Shown in pieces: positions 35,973 to 44,629 of a stretch of 61,770 bases of DNA. Source of the stretch: a virus. Lineage: Duplodnaviria; Caudoviricetes. The position numbers and the translations under genes are program-made. The notes under the pieces were generated by a model, which was not told where the DNA came from, did not search any database, and worked only from the letters and a program-made list of their open reading frames with translations. The stretch spans positions 1 through 61,770 of IMG/VR virus record IMGVR_UViG_3300035438_000760; one strand, 5' to 3'. How positions within the stretch are numbered: the first letter of the stretch is position 1; each line of letters begins with the position of its first letter.

Positions 35973-38350
35973 TTAGGTTCGGGTATGTTCAGAGCGGTGT
36001 TCAGCGTTTCGCTGAGTGGACTGAAGAGTTTGGGCTTGTATGCGAAGACGATTTGCTTGATGCCGTCAATCTTTTGATTGGGGCTAAGGCTCCTGTTCGG
36101 TGTTCGTGGGTCGGGTATTTGATGGAAGCGTCGCTTGATACGGCTGTGCAGGCGTGGGGGACTATCAATAAGGCATTAAAGTGGTGTAATGGTGTTGAGT
36201 TGGTTCGTTGTACGCCACCATTGATTGAGTATGACGAGTTCTCGGATCCTGAAGAGGATCTGGTTGAGAAGGCTATGTCTCGTAGCGAAGCAGGCAGAAT
36301 AGCCGCAGAGGCAAGATGGAAGAACCATGTCAAAGCGTCTGTAGCAAATTCAATTATTGATCGTGTTAAGGCGTATGGCGGTTTGTCGGTCAAAATGTTG
36401 ACTGGTGAAGAGCCAACTTCTGGCTACATGGTTGCTCAAAGAGGTCACAATCGTGAAGTGCCAAGTGCCGACTTTTTTGATCCCGCTAAAGGGCAGGCGA
36501 TTCTCAAGAAGTATTTGATTGAAAAAAGGGATGTTTTCGGAAAGGAACAGTACCTAGGTTTATGGTACGATTCCGCAAACGATGAAGTTGTTTTAGATGT
36601 AGTTGACAACATACAGAAGAAGAGCGATGCGACCCGTGAGGGTGCGGAAAGAAATCAGCAGGCGATTTGGGATGTCAAAGGACAAAGAGAAATCAGCACA
36701 GGCGGTTCAGGAGACAGAGAGTCCGAACCAGCCATTGATGTTAGTAAAACCGCAGGTTCCGTTATCGGAGATGGACGACGACGAGATTGGGCTTTTCGCC
36801 AAAGATATTTGGGAGAAGTTTATGGAGACACGCAAGCCTTAATTGAGTTTGATAAAGCGAAGTTCAGTTCACGATCTGAAGCAGGTAAGTACGCCGCTCA
36901 TATTCGTTGGATGAATCAGAGGGGTATGACCCCGATGACGGTTGACCAGTGGAAATCACAAAACACTGGTGGTTCTGAGCGCATGCGAAAGATCCAAGAG
37001 TTGCAGATGGATGTGTCAGAGCGACTGAGAAAGTTCAATATTCTTTTGGGTGAGTCGCATGTTTTCCAAGATGGTATTTGGAACAGTTACGCAGAAAGCA
37101 AAATAAGTCAGGGTACAAATAAAGTTTTGTTGGTTCAGCCTGAAGACTGGGAAAAAACTGAGATTCCTTCAAAGGGCACCCCTGCTCAGTTGTGGGCTGT
37201 AGAGGTTCCAACAAGCATTAACGATTTTGATTACAAGGTTGCTGTTCCTAATGCTGAAGTCATGCGATTGATGGAAGATGTCAAAACTTTAGGTGGGTTA
37301 ATAGAAGATGAGGCTTTGGCACGGGCAAACGCAAGTTCGTCAGAGGTAATAGATCCTGTTGTGTCAACTATGGAGTTCAAAAGAAAAATAACTGGTCTTC
37401 AGCAAGAGATTAAAAATAATGAATGGCTCATGCATTACGGTATGAAAAGTTTAGTGAATTTCCTTGGGGATCCCGACAACGAGAAAACTAAATTTGAAGA
37501 ATGGGTTGATTCTGGTCTGCCTTCAAAAATAAGTGCTTCACAAAACGCAGTGAGCGAATTTGGTGAATTTGGGGAAAAAACCGTTCAAGACATTATTGAT
37601 AAATACGATGTTCGTGATTTTGACAAGTTTGTAGATGTTATGAACAATGAAATATTGTCTTCTCAAACAGCGGTAAGCGAAGCAGGTTTTGACCAAAACT
37701 CGTTAGCAAAATATAGGCGTGAAGTGTTGCGTGAGATTCGTCCGCACAGTACGGATGAAGGCATGCACAATGAAATAATTACGGGCAACCCTAAAGATAG
37801 CGGTACTGCGCTTGAATCTCATGTTGCAAAAGCAATGCGATTGTTGCCTTCAGCGTGGGTTGAAAAATTGAAGAACTACACAAAACAACACAACGCTCAA
37901 GGGAAAATGAGTATTACACCTGCCGTTGAAGGCAGATCCGGCTACAGCGAACCACATCATTTCATTCAAACTTCAACCGATGCCCAGCCGATGACTCTTG
38001 TCCATGAGTTAATCCATGCTGTTGAAGCGTCTAATCCTGCCATGCGGGTGATGGTCAACTCTTTCCATATCAATAGACGATTCGGTAATTTCAGAGCGGA
38101 TGACGAAAAGTTTGGTAGCACTTTCAGCAAAAGGTTACTAGGCAAATATGAGGAAGAAAAAAATGGGTTTGTGGAAGACAGTTACGCCGATAAATATTCT
38201 GGTCGTGAATATCCGTCTTATGAGTTGACTGCTCGTGAGCAGTTAACAACGGGTACCGACATGTCGTTGTTTGTTAACAACATGCGAACGCATGGTTTGA
38301 TTGACTTGGATCAGTTGAATTTTACTTTAGGAATGTGGGCTTCAGCATGA
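35969..38350 (+). CDS. Polyvalent protein: leader domain, tag, SAM-lyase-like(?) module, tag, HExxH module
   Basis: Tags at 36266 and 36851; HELIH domain homologous to the C-terminus of 34269..35972. Confidence 0.75.
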   Translation: MIRFGYVQSGVQRFAEWTEEFGLVCEDDLLDAVNLLIGAKAPVRCSWVGYLMEASLDTAVQAWGTINKALKWCNGVELVRCTPPLIEYDEFSDPEEDLVEKAMSRSEAGRIAAEARWKNHVKASVANSIIDRVKAYGGLSVKMLTGEEPTSGYMVAQRGHNREVPSADFFDPAKGQAILKKYLIEKRDVFGKEQYLGLWYDSANDEVVLDVVDNIQKKSDATREGAERNQQAIWDVKGQREISTGGSGDRESEPAIDVSKTAGSVIGDGRRRDWAFRQRYLGEVYGDTQALIEFDKAKFSSRSEAGKYAAHIRWMNQRGMTPMTVDQWKSQNTGGSERMRKIQELQMDVSERLRKFNILLGESHVFQDGIWNSYAESKISQGTNKVLLVQPEDWEKTEIPSKGTPAQLWAVEVPTSINDFDYKVAVPNAEVMRLMEDVKTLGGLIEDEALARANASSSEVIDPVVSTMEFKRKITGLQQEIKNNEWLMHYGMKSLVNFLGDPDNEKTKFEEWVDSGLPSKISASQNAVSEFGEFGEKTVQDIIDKYDVRDFDKFVDVMNNEILSSQTAVSEAGFDQNSLAKYRREVLREIRPHSTDEGMHNEIITGNPKDSGTALESHVAKAMRLLPSAWVEKLKNYTKQHNAQGKMSITPAVEGRSGYSEPHHFIQTSTDAQPMTLVHELIHAVEASNPAMRVMVNSFHINRRFGNFRADDEKFGSTFSKRLLGKYEEEKNGFVEDSYADKYSGREYPSYELTAREQLTTGTDMSLFVNNMRTHGLIDLDQLNFTLGMWASA

Positions 38351-40743
38351 AACTTGTTTGGGTAACCGTTGACGGTGAAACAATTTTGTGGGATGAAGGT
38401 GTTTTGGATGCTTCGCCTGACTTTTTTGAAAATGTTGCGTTGTTGGTTGATGCGAAGGTTCGTGTTCGTTCTCCACGGTATTACTTTGCTGAGGATGTGG
38501 CTCGGATGGATTCTCCGTTTGGGGCTTTGTTGACTGTTGAGTTTTTGTTGGATTTGTTGAATGTGGGTTTGGTTGAGGCTCCGATGCTTTTTGGTGAAGC
38601 GGATCCTTTGTTGACTGATAATGATTCTTTGGTTGTTTCTGTTGAGAAGGCTATGTCTCGGAGTGAAGCGGGCAAGTATGCGGCGGAGCAACGCTGGAAG
38701 AACCATGCGAAGAAAGAAACAACAAAGCAAGAAACGCTTCTATCTCCTACTGATGACGCTGAGATTGCTAGGGCTACTGGTCGCCCGTTGAGTTGGGCGT
38801 TGCCCGCTACACGAGATCCTGAATTAAATGAAATTTTGGGTCGGCTGGTAGCAGATTTTTCTTCGTCGCCACCGAGGTATCACGAATATGATCGTGTTGT
38901 CCGTGATCCAGCCACAAAAGAGTTGCTCAAGTATTTGGAAAGCAAAGGCATTGTTGGGAAATCGGATTTTGAGGCGGGTAAAACCAATGCTGGGATTATG
39001 GCTGTTGGGTTGCTTCTGAATGGCTTGCAAGCAAACAGTTCTTCGGCGTGGTCAACTTCGGTTCCAAAAGGGTTTGCTCCGTATTTTAAAGCACGAATGA
39101 TTGCTGAGGAAGGTTCTCCAGTAATCAATGTTAATGCGTATGCGCTTAACCAAATCATTAGTAGTGGCAGGTACAAAACCCAGTTTGAAACTCAAGAGTC
39201 AAACGGTGCGTTGAACCCGTATATTCGTGCGGCTTTTGAGTCAGGTGCAATGGGTTTGCACCCAAACATGGATGCGACTAAGCGTCCCGTGTACGGGACA
39301 ATGCAATCGCATGATTCAATTGGCAATACTCACCCAATGAGCCAATACGGTACAATTTCGCTTCAGTTGAACGAAAGTGTTCGTGAGCGTTCAACGGTTT
39401 CGTATAACGATTCTTTGGGTATGTCTATAGAGACTGCACCTGCTGACAGTACGGGCAAAGAGTTGGATCGGATGTTTAATACTGGTTCAAAGGGTGGACA
39501 TCTTGATTATGTTGAGACTCAGATTCATGGTGGTGTTTCGTTTAGCGATGTGAAAGCAATATGGGTGAATGAGAAGTATGCGCCCGGTGATTTTGAAAAT
39601 GTGACCGCGATATTGGATAAGTATGGGTTGTCCAATATCCCTGTGATGCGTGTTGGTGTTGATGATTTCTACAAAGCGAAGTTTAGTTCACGGAGTGAGG
39701 CTGGCAAGTATGCGGCGCATATTCGTTGGATGAACCAGCGTGGTTTGACTCCGATGACGGCTGACCAGTGGACTGCTAGTCAGAGTGCTGATGCGACACC
39801 TGTTGTTACGGCTCCGACTCGTGTGACGGCTAGTGGTGTGGATTGGGATCAGCCTGTACCACAGTTCAAAACTGTTGATGAAGCGCAAGCGTGGATTGAT
39901 GCGAAGTGGGGTAAGCGTGATGGTGGTTTACCAGACAGAGAATTTAAGATTGCCCTCACTGAAGGCAAGCGCATGAGCGGTTATTTTTCGTATGGGTTTG
40001 CAAACATTGAGGCAACACAACATTGGATTGAAAAAATAGATCAGGTGTTTAAAGAATTTCCTGAAATAGCAAACGCAGTTAGTTTTGTTGCGTCTGCTGA
40101 ACCTCCGTATGGATATGAACGCGCTCTCGGTTGGGCGGGTCGTGCATCAGCGTCGTTATATTTTAACCGTGGTATTTGTTCCGATCTTAATCTTGTGGAC
40201 GCTACGATTAAAGAATGGAAAAAGACGGGTTATTGCGCTACAAATGACCCGACTGCTGTTTTGTGGCATGAATTTGGTCATCATTTAGGTTATGCGGCGG
40301 GTAACGCTAATTTGTATGGCAACCTGACAGAGGTACGCATGCCTAGAACTTCGCAACCTCTTGCCGACATTAACCAGAGAGATCAAAAAGCGTATGAGAA
40401 GGCTATTCGGGTATTGGTTAAGCCTTTGATAATTAAAAGTATTAACAACGACCGAAAAGTAAAAGGGTTGAAACCGTTGCACTTTAAAGGGTTGTCCGAG
40501 GCAATGTCGGGTAATAGCAGAACTAAAGACTCTGACGCTTTAACTTGGCGTGACGAAATCAAAAAGCAGTTAAGCACTTATTCGTTGAGTAACTATAACG
40601 AAATGATTGCCGAATCGTTTGCCCAATATGCACACGGAGTATTTACTGGTGCTGAAATATCACCGTTGGCTAGAGGAGTTGTTGAAGGTTTACGGGGCTA
40701 TATTGCAGGTAAGCCGTTAGTACCGTCAGGAGGATCGCAATGA
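38347..40743 (+). CDS. Polyvalent protein: leader domain, tag, DUF3626-like module, tag, HExxH module
   Basis: Tags at 38644 and 39670; RPVYG...YVETQIHGGV; HEFGH...YSLSNYNEMIAESF. Confidence 0.75.
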   Translation: MKLVWVTVDGETILWDEGVLDASPDFFENVALLVDAKVRVRSPRYYFAEDVARMDSPFGALLTVEFLLDLLNVGLVEAPMLFGEADPLLTDNDSLVVSVEKAMSRSEAGKYAAEQRWKNHAKKETTKQETLLSPTDDAEIARATGRPLSWALPATRDPELNEILGRLVADFSSSPPRYHEYDRVVRDPATKELLKYLESKGIVGKSDFEAGKTNAGIMAVGLLLNGLQANSSSAWSTSVPKGFAPYFKARMIAEEGSPVINVNAYALNQIISSGRYKTQFETQESNGALNPYIRAAFESGAMGLHPNMDATKRPVYGTMQSHDSIGNTHPMSQYGTISLQLNESVRERSTVSYNDSLGMSIETAPADSTGKELDRMFNTGSKGGHLDYVETQIHGGVSFSDVKAIWVNEKYAPGDFENVTAILDKYGLSNIPVMRVGVDDFYKAKFSSRSEAGKYAAHIRWMNQRGLTPMTADQWTASQSADATPVVTAPTRVTASGVDWDQPVPQFKTVDEAQAWIDAKWGKRDGGLPDREFKIALTEGKRMSGYFSYGFANIEATQHWIEKIDQVFKEFPEIANAVSFVASAEPPYGYERALGWAGRASASLYFNRGICSDLNLVDATIKEWKKTGYCATNDPTAVLWHEFGHHLGYAAGNANLYGNLTEVRMPRTSQPLADINQRDQKAYEKAIRVLVKPLIIKSINNDRKVKGLKPLHFKGLSEAMSGNSRTKDSDALTWRDEIKKQLSTYSLSNYNEMIAESFAQYAHGVFTGAEISPLARGVVEGLRGYIAGKPLVPSGGSQ

Positions 40744-40976
40744 CAATGGGAATATCAATGTGTTGGGCGTGTAAGCACTCAAGAGGTAACGCAACTGAAA
40801 TAGATGAAATATTGACAGGGACATGCGATGCGTTTCCTGATGGTATCCCTCTTGAAATTTATGCAGGCGGGTTTGACCATCGCCAAAAATTTGCTGGTGA
40901 TAACGGTGTTAGGTTTGAACCAGTGACCGAAGAAGAAGGTTCTTTGGCTGTGAGCATGGTTGAGGACAATTTATGA
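40740..40976 (+). CDS. Small Cys/His protein, candidate partner/immunity of the upstream HExxH domain
   Basis: CWAC...CDAFPDGIP...FDHR...GDNGVRFEP; ATGA coupling. Confidence 0.65.
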   Translation: MTMGISMCWACKHSRGNATEIDEILTGTCDAFPDGIPLEIYAGGFDHRQKFAGDNGVRFEPVTEEEGSLAVSMVEDNL

Positions 40977-41155
40977 TTTTGATTGCAATGGTGGACGATG
41001 CGAAGGTGTTTGACATTGAAGACGATGACCCGATGTGGGGTACTCGTGTCATTCTGGAGCGTGGAGGCGTTGAAAGCGCACCGCTTTTGTTGGAAAATGT
41101 GGTTACCAAAATGTCTATGAGCAACTGGCGATGGGTCAACCCCCCTACTAAATAG
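40973..41155 (+). CDS. Small hypothetical protein (candidate partner/immunity)
   Basis: ATGA-coupled 60-aa ORF. Confidence 0.5.
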   Translation: MILIAMVDDAKVFDIEDDDPMWGTRVILERGGVESAPLLLENVVTKMSMSNWRWVNPPTK

Positions 41156-41185
41156 TGACTACTGGGTTTACTGTAAGGTTCTGGC

Positions 41186-42076
41186 ATGGATACAACCGAA
41201 ATTGACCAGTGGATAAACGGCGATCTTTCTTGGGAAGATCTTTCGGAGAGCGCACAAACGGCTATTGACGGTGAAGTTGACGATGCGAAGCCTGTTGCCA
41301 GTATGGAGTTAGTCCACAAGTCGGTTGCTGAGAAGCGGTTTACTTTAGGTCCGTGGTATATCCCGAACCGTTTGGATGCTCATAATGAGTGGACAGACTC
41401 TGATGAGTTGCAGGCTGGCTTGTGGGATTATGTCCGCAAGGGTGATCGTGGTATCCGTTTACAGCACAATCGTGACATTGTGGCTGGAGAATGGGTTGAG
41501 GCAATGCAACTTCCTGTTCCTGTCCAGATGCAGAAAGCGGCAAACGGAGAAACTGTTGAATACCCTGAAGGAACCGTTTTTCTTGGTGTTGTGTGGAAAC
41601 AGTGGGCGTGGGATCTCGTGAAGAACGGCAAAATCAAAGGTTTTTCTATTGGTGGTTCGTCGGCTCGGTTGCCAATTGAGCCTGTCAATAAGGGAATCAA
41701 GGTTTCTCCGACTTTCATTCCTGCTTTGATCCGTGTCTTGGGTAAGAGTTATGCGGTTCGCCCAGATGAGGGCGGTGTCCGTGTTTCTTCAGGTTTGGAC
41801 TTTGTTGTTTTTGATCCGTTCCAAGTGGATTTGGTTACTAAGTCGGTTTCGGATGGCTTTGTTGCTGATGCGAATCAGGTGTTGGCGTTTTCGCAGGCTA
41901 TTTTGACTGGCGGGATAGATCATGGTTTGTGGGTCAATACTGGTGATTCATGGTCGTTTGTGAAAGCGAAGTTTGGGTCACGGGTTGAGGCTGGTAAGTA
42001 TGCGGAGCATGTTCGTCGGGCTGTCGCTTCGGGGGAGACTCCTTTGGGTGTGGTTGAGTTTTCCGAAAATCTGTAA
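41186..42076 (+). CDS. Prohead protease, XkdF-like serine peptidase, with a tag near the C-terminus
   Basis: Y.P...DAHNEW, LQH, GTVF and GFSIGG motifs; VKAKFGSRVEAGKYAEHVRR. Confidence 0.85.
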   Translation: MDTTEIDQWINGDLSWEDLSESAQTAIDGEVDDAKPVASMELVHKSVAEKRFTLGPWYIPNRLDAHNEWTDSDELQAGLWDYVRKGDRGIRLQHNRDIVAGEWVEAMQLPVPVQMQKAANGETVEYPEGTVFLGVVWKQWAWDLVKNGKIKGFSIGGSSARLPIEPVNKGIKVSPTFIPALIRVLGKSYAVRPDEGGVRVSSGLDFVVFDPFQVDLVTKSVSDGFVADANQVLAFSQAILTGGIDHGLWVNTGDSWSFVKAKFGSRVEAGKYAEHVRRAVASGETPLGVVEFSENL

Positions 42077-42083
42077 CTTTGGC

Positions 42084-42112
42084 TTGACCACGGTTTAGAG
42101 TTTTGATATCCT
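42084..42112 (+). promoter_or_regulatory. GGTTTAG-family promoter for the inserted GGCT gene
   Basis: TTGACC-ACGGTTTAGAGTTTTGA-TATCCT. Confidence 0.65.
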
Positions 42113-42130
42113 TTGAATGAAGGAGGGTAA

Positions 42131-42514
42131 ATGAAACCAATTGCTGTATACGGAACCCTGATAAAAGGATTCCACAACTCACGACTGTGGGATGGGCTTG
42201 CTACTTACGAGGAGTGCATCATCCACGATTTCCGTCTTGTCACTCACGGGTGGTACCCGTATGCGATACCAGACGAGGGATCAACCACAGTCGGTCAAAT
42301 CATTACACCGACAAGCAAGGTCAACGCTTCAACGATCTTGTCTCGGCTTGATTATTTGGAAGGTGTTCCTCACCACTACAGTCGTGAATCTGCAACTGTT
42401 GAACTTGAAGATGGTGCGATTGTTACTGCATGGATTTATGTTCCTGTAAGTGATGAATCAGGACTGGATCCTGTGCCAGAAAACAACTGGCGACTTTACG
42501 CAAGTCTTGTTTAG
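42131..42514 (+). CDS. Gamma-glutamylcyclotransferase (AIG2-like)
   Basis: VYGTL.KG..N, YP, LDYLEG...Y.R and AWIY. Confidence 0.88.
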   Translation: MKPIAVYGTLIKGFHNSRLWDGLATYEECIIHDFRLVTHGWYPYAIPDEGSTTVGQIITPTSKVNASTILSRLDYLEGVPHHYSRESATVELEDGAIVTAWIYVPVSDESGLDPVPENNWRLYASLV

Positions 42515-42551
42515 TTGATGTAGTTCAGGGTTATCAGTACCGTTCTCTGCG

Positions 42552-43247
42552 ATGGCTTCGCGGAAAATGGTAAACATGAACATTGAAGAGACTTCTGGTG
42601 TTGACCATCCCGCGCACATGGACGAAGGATGGATCCTTATGAAGAACTCTGGTTTGAACACCGAAGATTTTGAAACGATTGAAAAAATGGTCGCTTTGGA
42701 ATCAGAACTTGCTGACGCTCAGGCTCGCCTTGCCTCTTTGGAAAACGAAGAAGCCGAAGATGAGTTGGAAGATATGGGCGAGATGGACGACGATGCGATG
42801 ATGAAGTCGGCACCGCCTGCTGTCCGTGAAGCATTGTTGAAGGCTCGTAACGAGGCTTTTGTTGCTCAGGAAGAACTACGCAAAGAGCGTGAAGTTCGTC
42901 TTGACGCTCACGCAATCGCTAAGAGCATGGACAATTATGGCAATCTTGCCATTGACCACGAAGAATTTGGTCCTGCTCTCCGCCGTTTGGAAGAACTTGA
43001 TTCAACGGTCGTTGAGATCATCGCTAAGGCTTTGCAGTCCGCTAACGCTCAGGCTGAATCAGCCAACATTTTTGCCGAAATCGGCTCTTCATACATGCCA
43101 ACTACTGCTGGCAGTTTCCAGAAGATTGAATCGCTCGCTAAGTCCGCTGTGACCAAGGGCGAATATAAGACCGTTGAGCAAGCAATCGCTGGCTTGATTG
43201 AAACCAACCCTTCGTTGTACGCAGAGTACATCGCTGAAACCCGCTGA
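42552..43247 (+). CDS. Capsid scaffold protein
   Basis: ETSGVDHPA N-terminus; acidic coiled coil; KS sites; NPSLYAEY end; upstream of the capsid genes. Confidence 0.7.
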   Translation: MASRKMVNMNIEETSGVDHPAHMDEGWILMKNSGLNTEDFETIEKMVALESELADAQARLASLENEEAEDELEDMGEMDDDAMMKSAPPAVREALLKARNEAFVAQEELRKEREVRLDAHAIAKSMDNYGNLAIDHEEFGPALRRLEELDSTVVEIIAKALQSANAQAESANIFAEIGSSYMPTTAGSFQKIESLAKSAVTKGEYKTVEQAIAGLIETNPSLYAEYIAETR

Positions 43248-43265
43248 CCAGAAGAGGACACACTC

Positions 43266-43661
43266 ATGGCATACGAAATTTCCAATTACAGCGTCAAAAT
43301 CACCCTTGTCGCCGCCGCTGACCTTAGTGCGAAGCAGTATTACTTCGTCAAGATCAATACTTCGGGTCAAGCCGCGCTTTGCTCAGGTGTTACTGACAAG
43401 CCGATTGGCGTTCTCCAGAACACTCCGACCGCTGGTCAAGAAGCCCAAGTTCTAGTTATTGGTGGAACTAAGGTCGTTTGTTCCGCAAGCCTAGACGAAG
43501 GTGTTGCCATTGGCACCACTGCGGCTGGCAAGGCTGGAGCAAAGGTCGTCGGAACCGACACCACTAACTACATCGTCGGTCAGATCATCCTTGCGGGTGG
43601 AGCCGACTTGGATATTGCAACCGCTGTTATCAACTGTGCATCGCCTGCCCGCGCCGCCTGA
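43266..43661 (+). CDS. Capsid decoration/cement protein
   Basis: AAADLSAKQYYFVK...IGVLQNTP; immediately before the major capsid protein. Confidence 0.75.
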   Translation: MAYEISNYSVKITLVAAADLSAKQYYFVKINTSGQAALCSGVTDKPIGVLQNTPTAGQEAQVLVIGGTKVVCSASLDEGVAIGTTAAGKAGAKVVGTDTTNYIVGQIILAGGADLDIATAVINCASPARAA

Positions 43662-43678
43662 GTAAAAAGGAATAAATC

Positions 43679-44629
43679 ATGCCCCAGCCCACACAAAATC
43701 AGGTACATGTTGATGCGATTCTGACGAACATCAGTGTCGCTTACATGCAAAAAGCCGAAAATTTCATTGCAAACAAGATCTTCCCGATCGTTCCTGTTGA
43801 GAAGCAGTCGGACAAGTTCTTCAAGTACACCAAGAACGACTGGTTCCGTGACGAAGCACAGCGACGCGCTGATGCGACGGAATCTGCTGGTGGCGGTTAC
43901 AACTTGTCAACCGATTCGTACAACGCTGAAGTGTGGGCTTTCCACAAGGATGTTGGCGATCAGACTCGTGCAAATGCTGATGCTCCTATCAATGTGGATC
44001 GTGAAGCGGTTGAGTTCATTACGAGCCGTTTGTTGCTCAAGATGGAAACTGAATTCGTTTCAAGTTATTTCACGAGTGGCATTTGGGCTACCGACAACAC
44101 TCCGTCAAACTTGTGGTCGGATTACACCAACAGTGATCCGTTGAACGATGTTGAAGATGCGAAGCGAGCAATCCTTTCCACTACTGGTTTTGAACCGAAC
44201 ACGCTTGTGCTTGGTTACGATGTTTTCAAGGAATTGAAGAATCACCCAGATCTCGTTGACCGTATCAAGTACACCTCGTCTTCGGTTATTACGACCGACA
44301 TGATCGCTCGTATGTTTGATGTTGATCGTGTTGTGGTTTCAAAGGCTGTTAAGGCAACCAACAATGAAGGTGCCACTGGTGCTTATGACTTCACTGCTGG
44401 TAAGAATGCGCTCTTGTGCTATTCGGCTCCGTCACCGGGTCTTCTCCAGCCGTCTGCTGGTTACATCATGTCTTGGACTGGTGTTTCTGGTGGTCTTGGT
44501 CAGACGATCGGTTCAAGCCGTTTCCGTATGGAATCAGTGAAGGCTGACCGTATTGAAGCAGAAATGGCTTTTGACATGAAGGTCGTTGCCGCTGACCTCG
44601 GTTACTTCTTCGCCAGCGTGGTTTCGTGA
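43679..44629 (+). CDS. Major capsid protein
   Basis: HVDAILTNISVAY...FIANKIFP.VPV.KQSD; PNTLVLG; position in the head operon. Confidence 0.88.
   Translation: MPQPTQNQVHVDAILTNISVAYMQKAENFIANKIFPIVPVEKQSDKFFKYTKNDWFRDEAQRRADATESAGGGYNLSTDSYNAEVWAFHKDVGDQTRANADAPINVDREAVEFITSRLLLKMETEFVSSYFTSGIWATDNTPSNLWSDYTNSDPLNDVEDAKRAILSTTGFEPNTLVLGYDVFKELKNHPDLVDRIKYTSSSVITTDMIARMFDVDRVVVSKAVKATNNEGATGAYDFTAGKNALLCYSAPSPGLLQPSAGYIMSWTGVSGGLGQTIGSSRFRMESVKADRIEAEMAFDMKVVAADLGYFFASVVS

Noticed and set aside
34269-40743. Diversity-generating retroelement behind the paralogous modules
   Set aside because: No reverse transcriptase and no template/variable repeat pair differing only at adenines was seen
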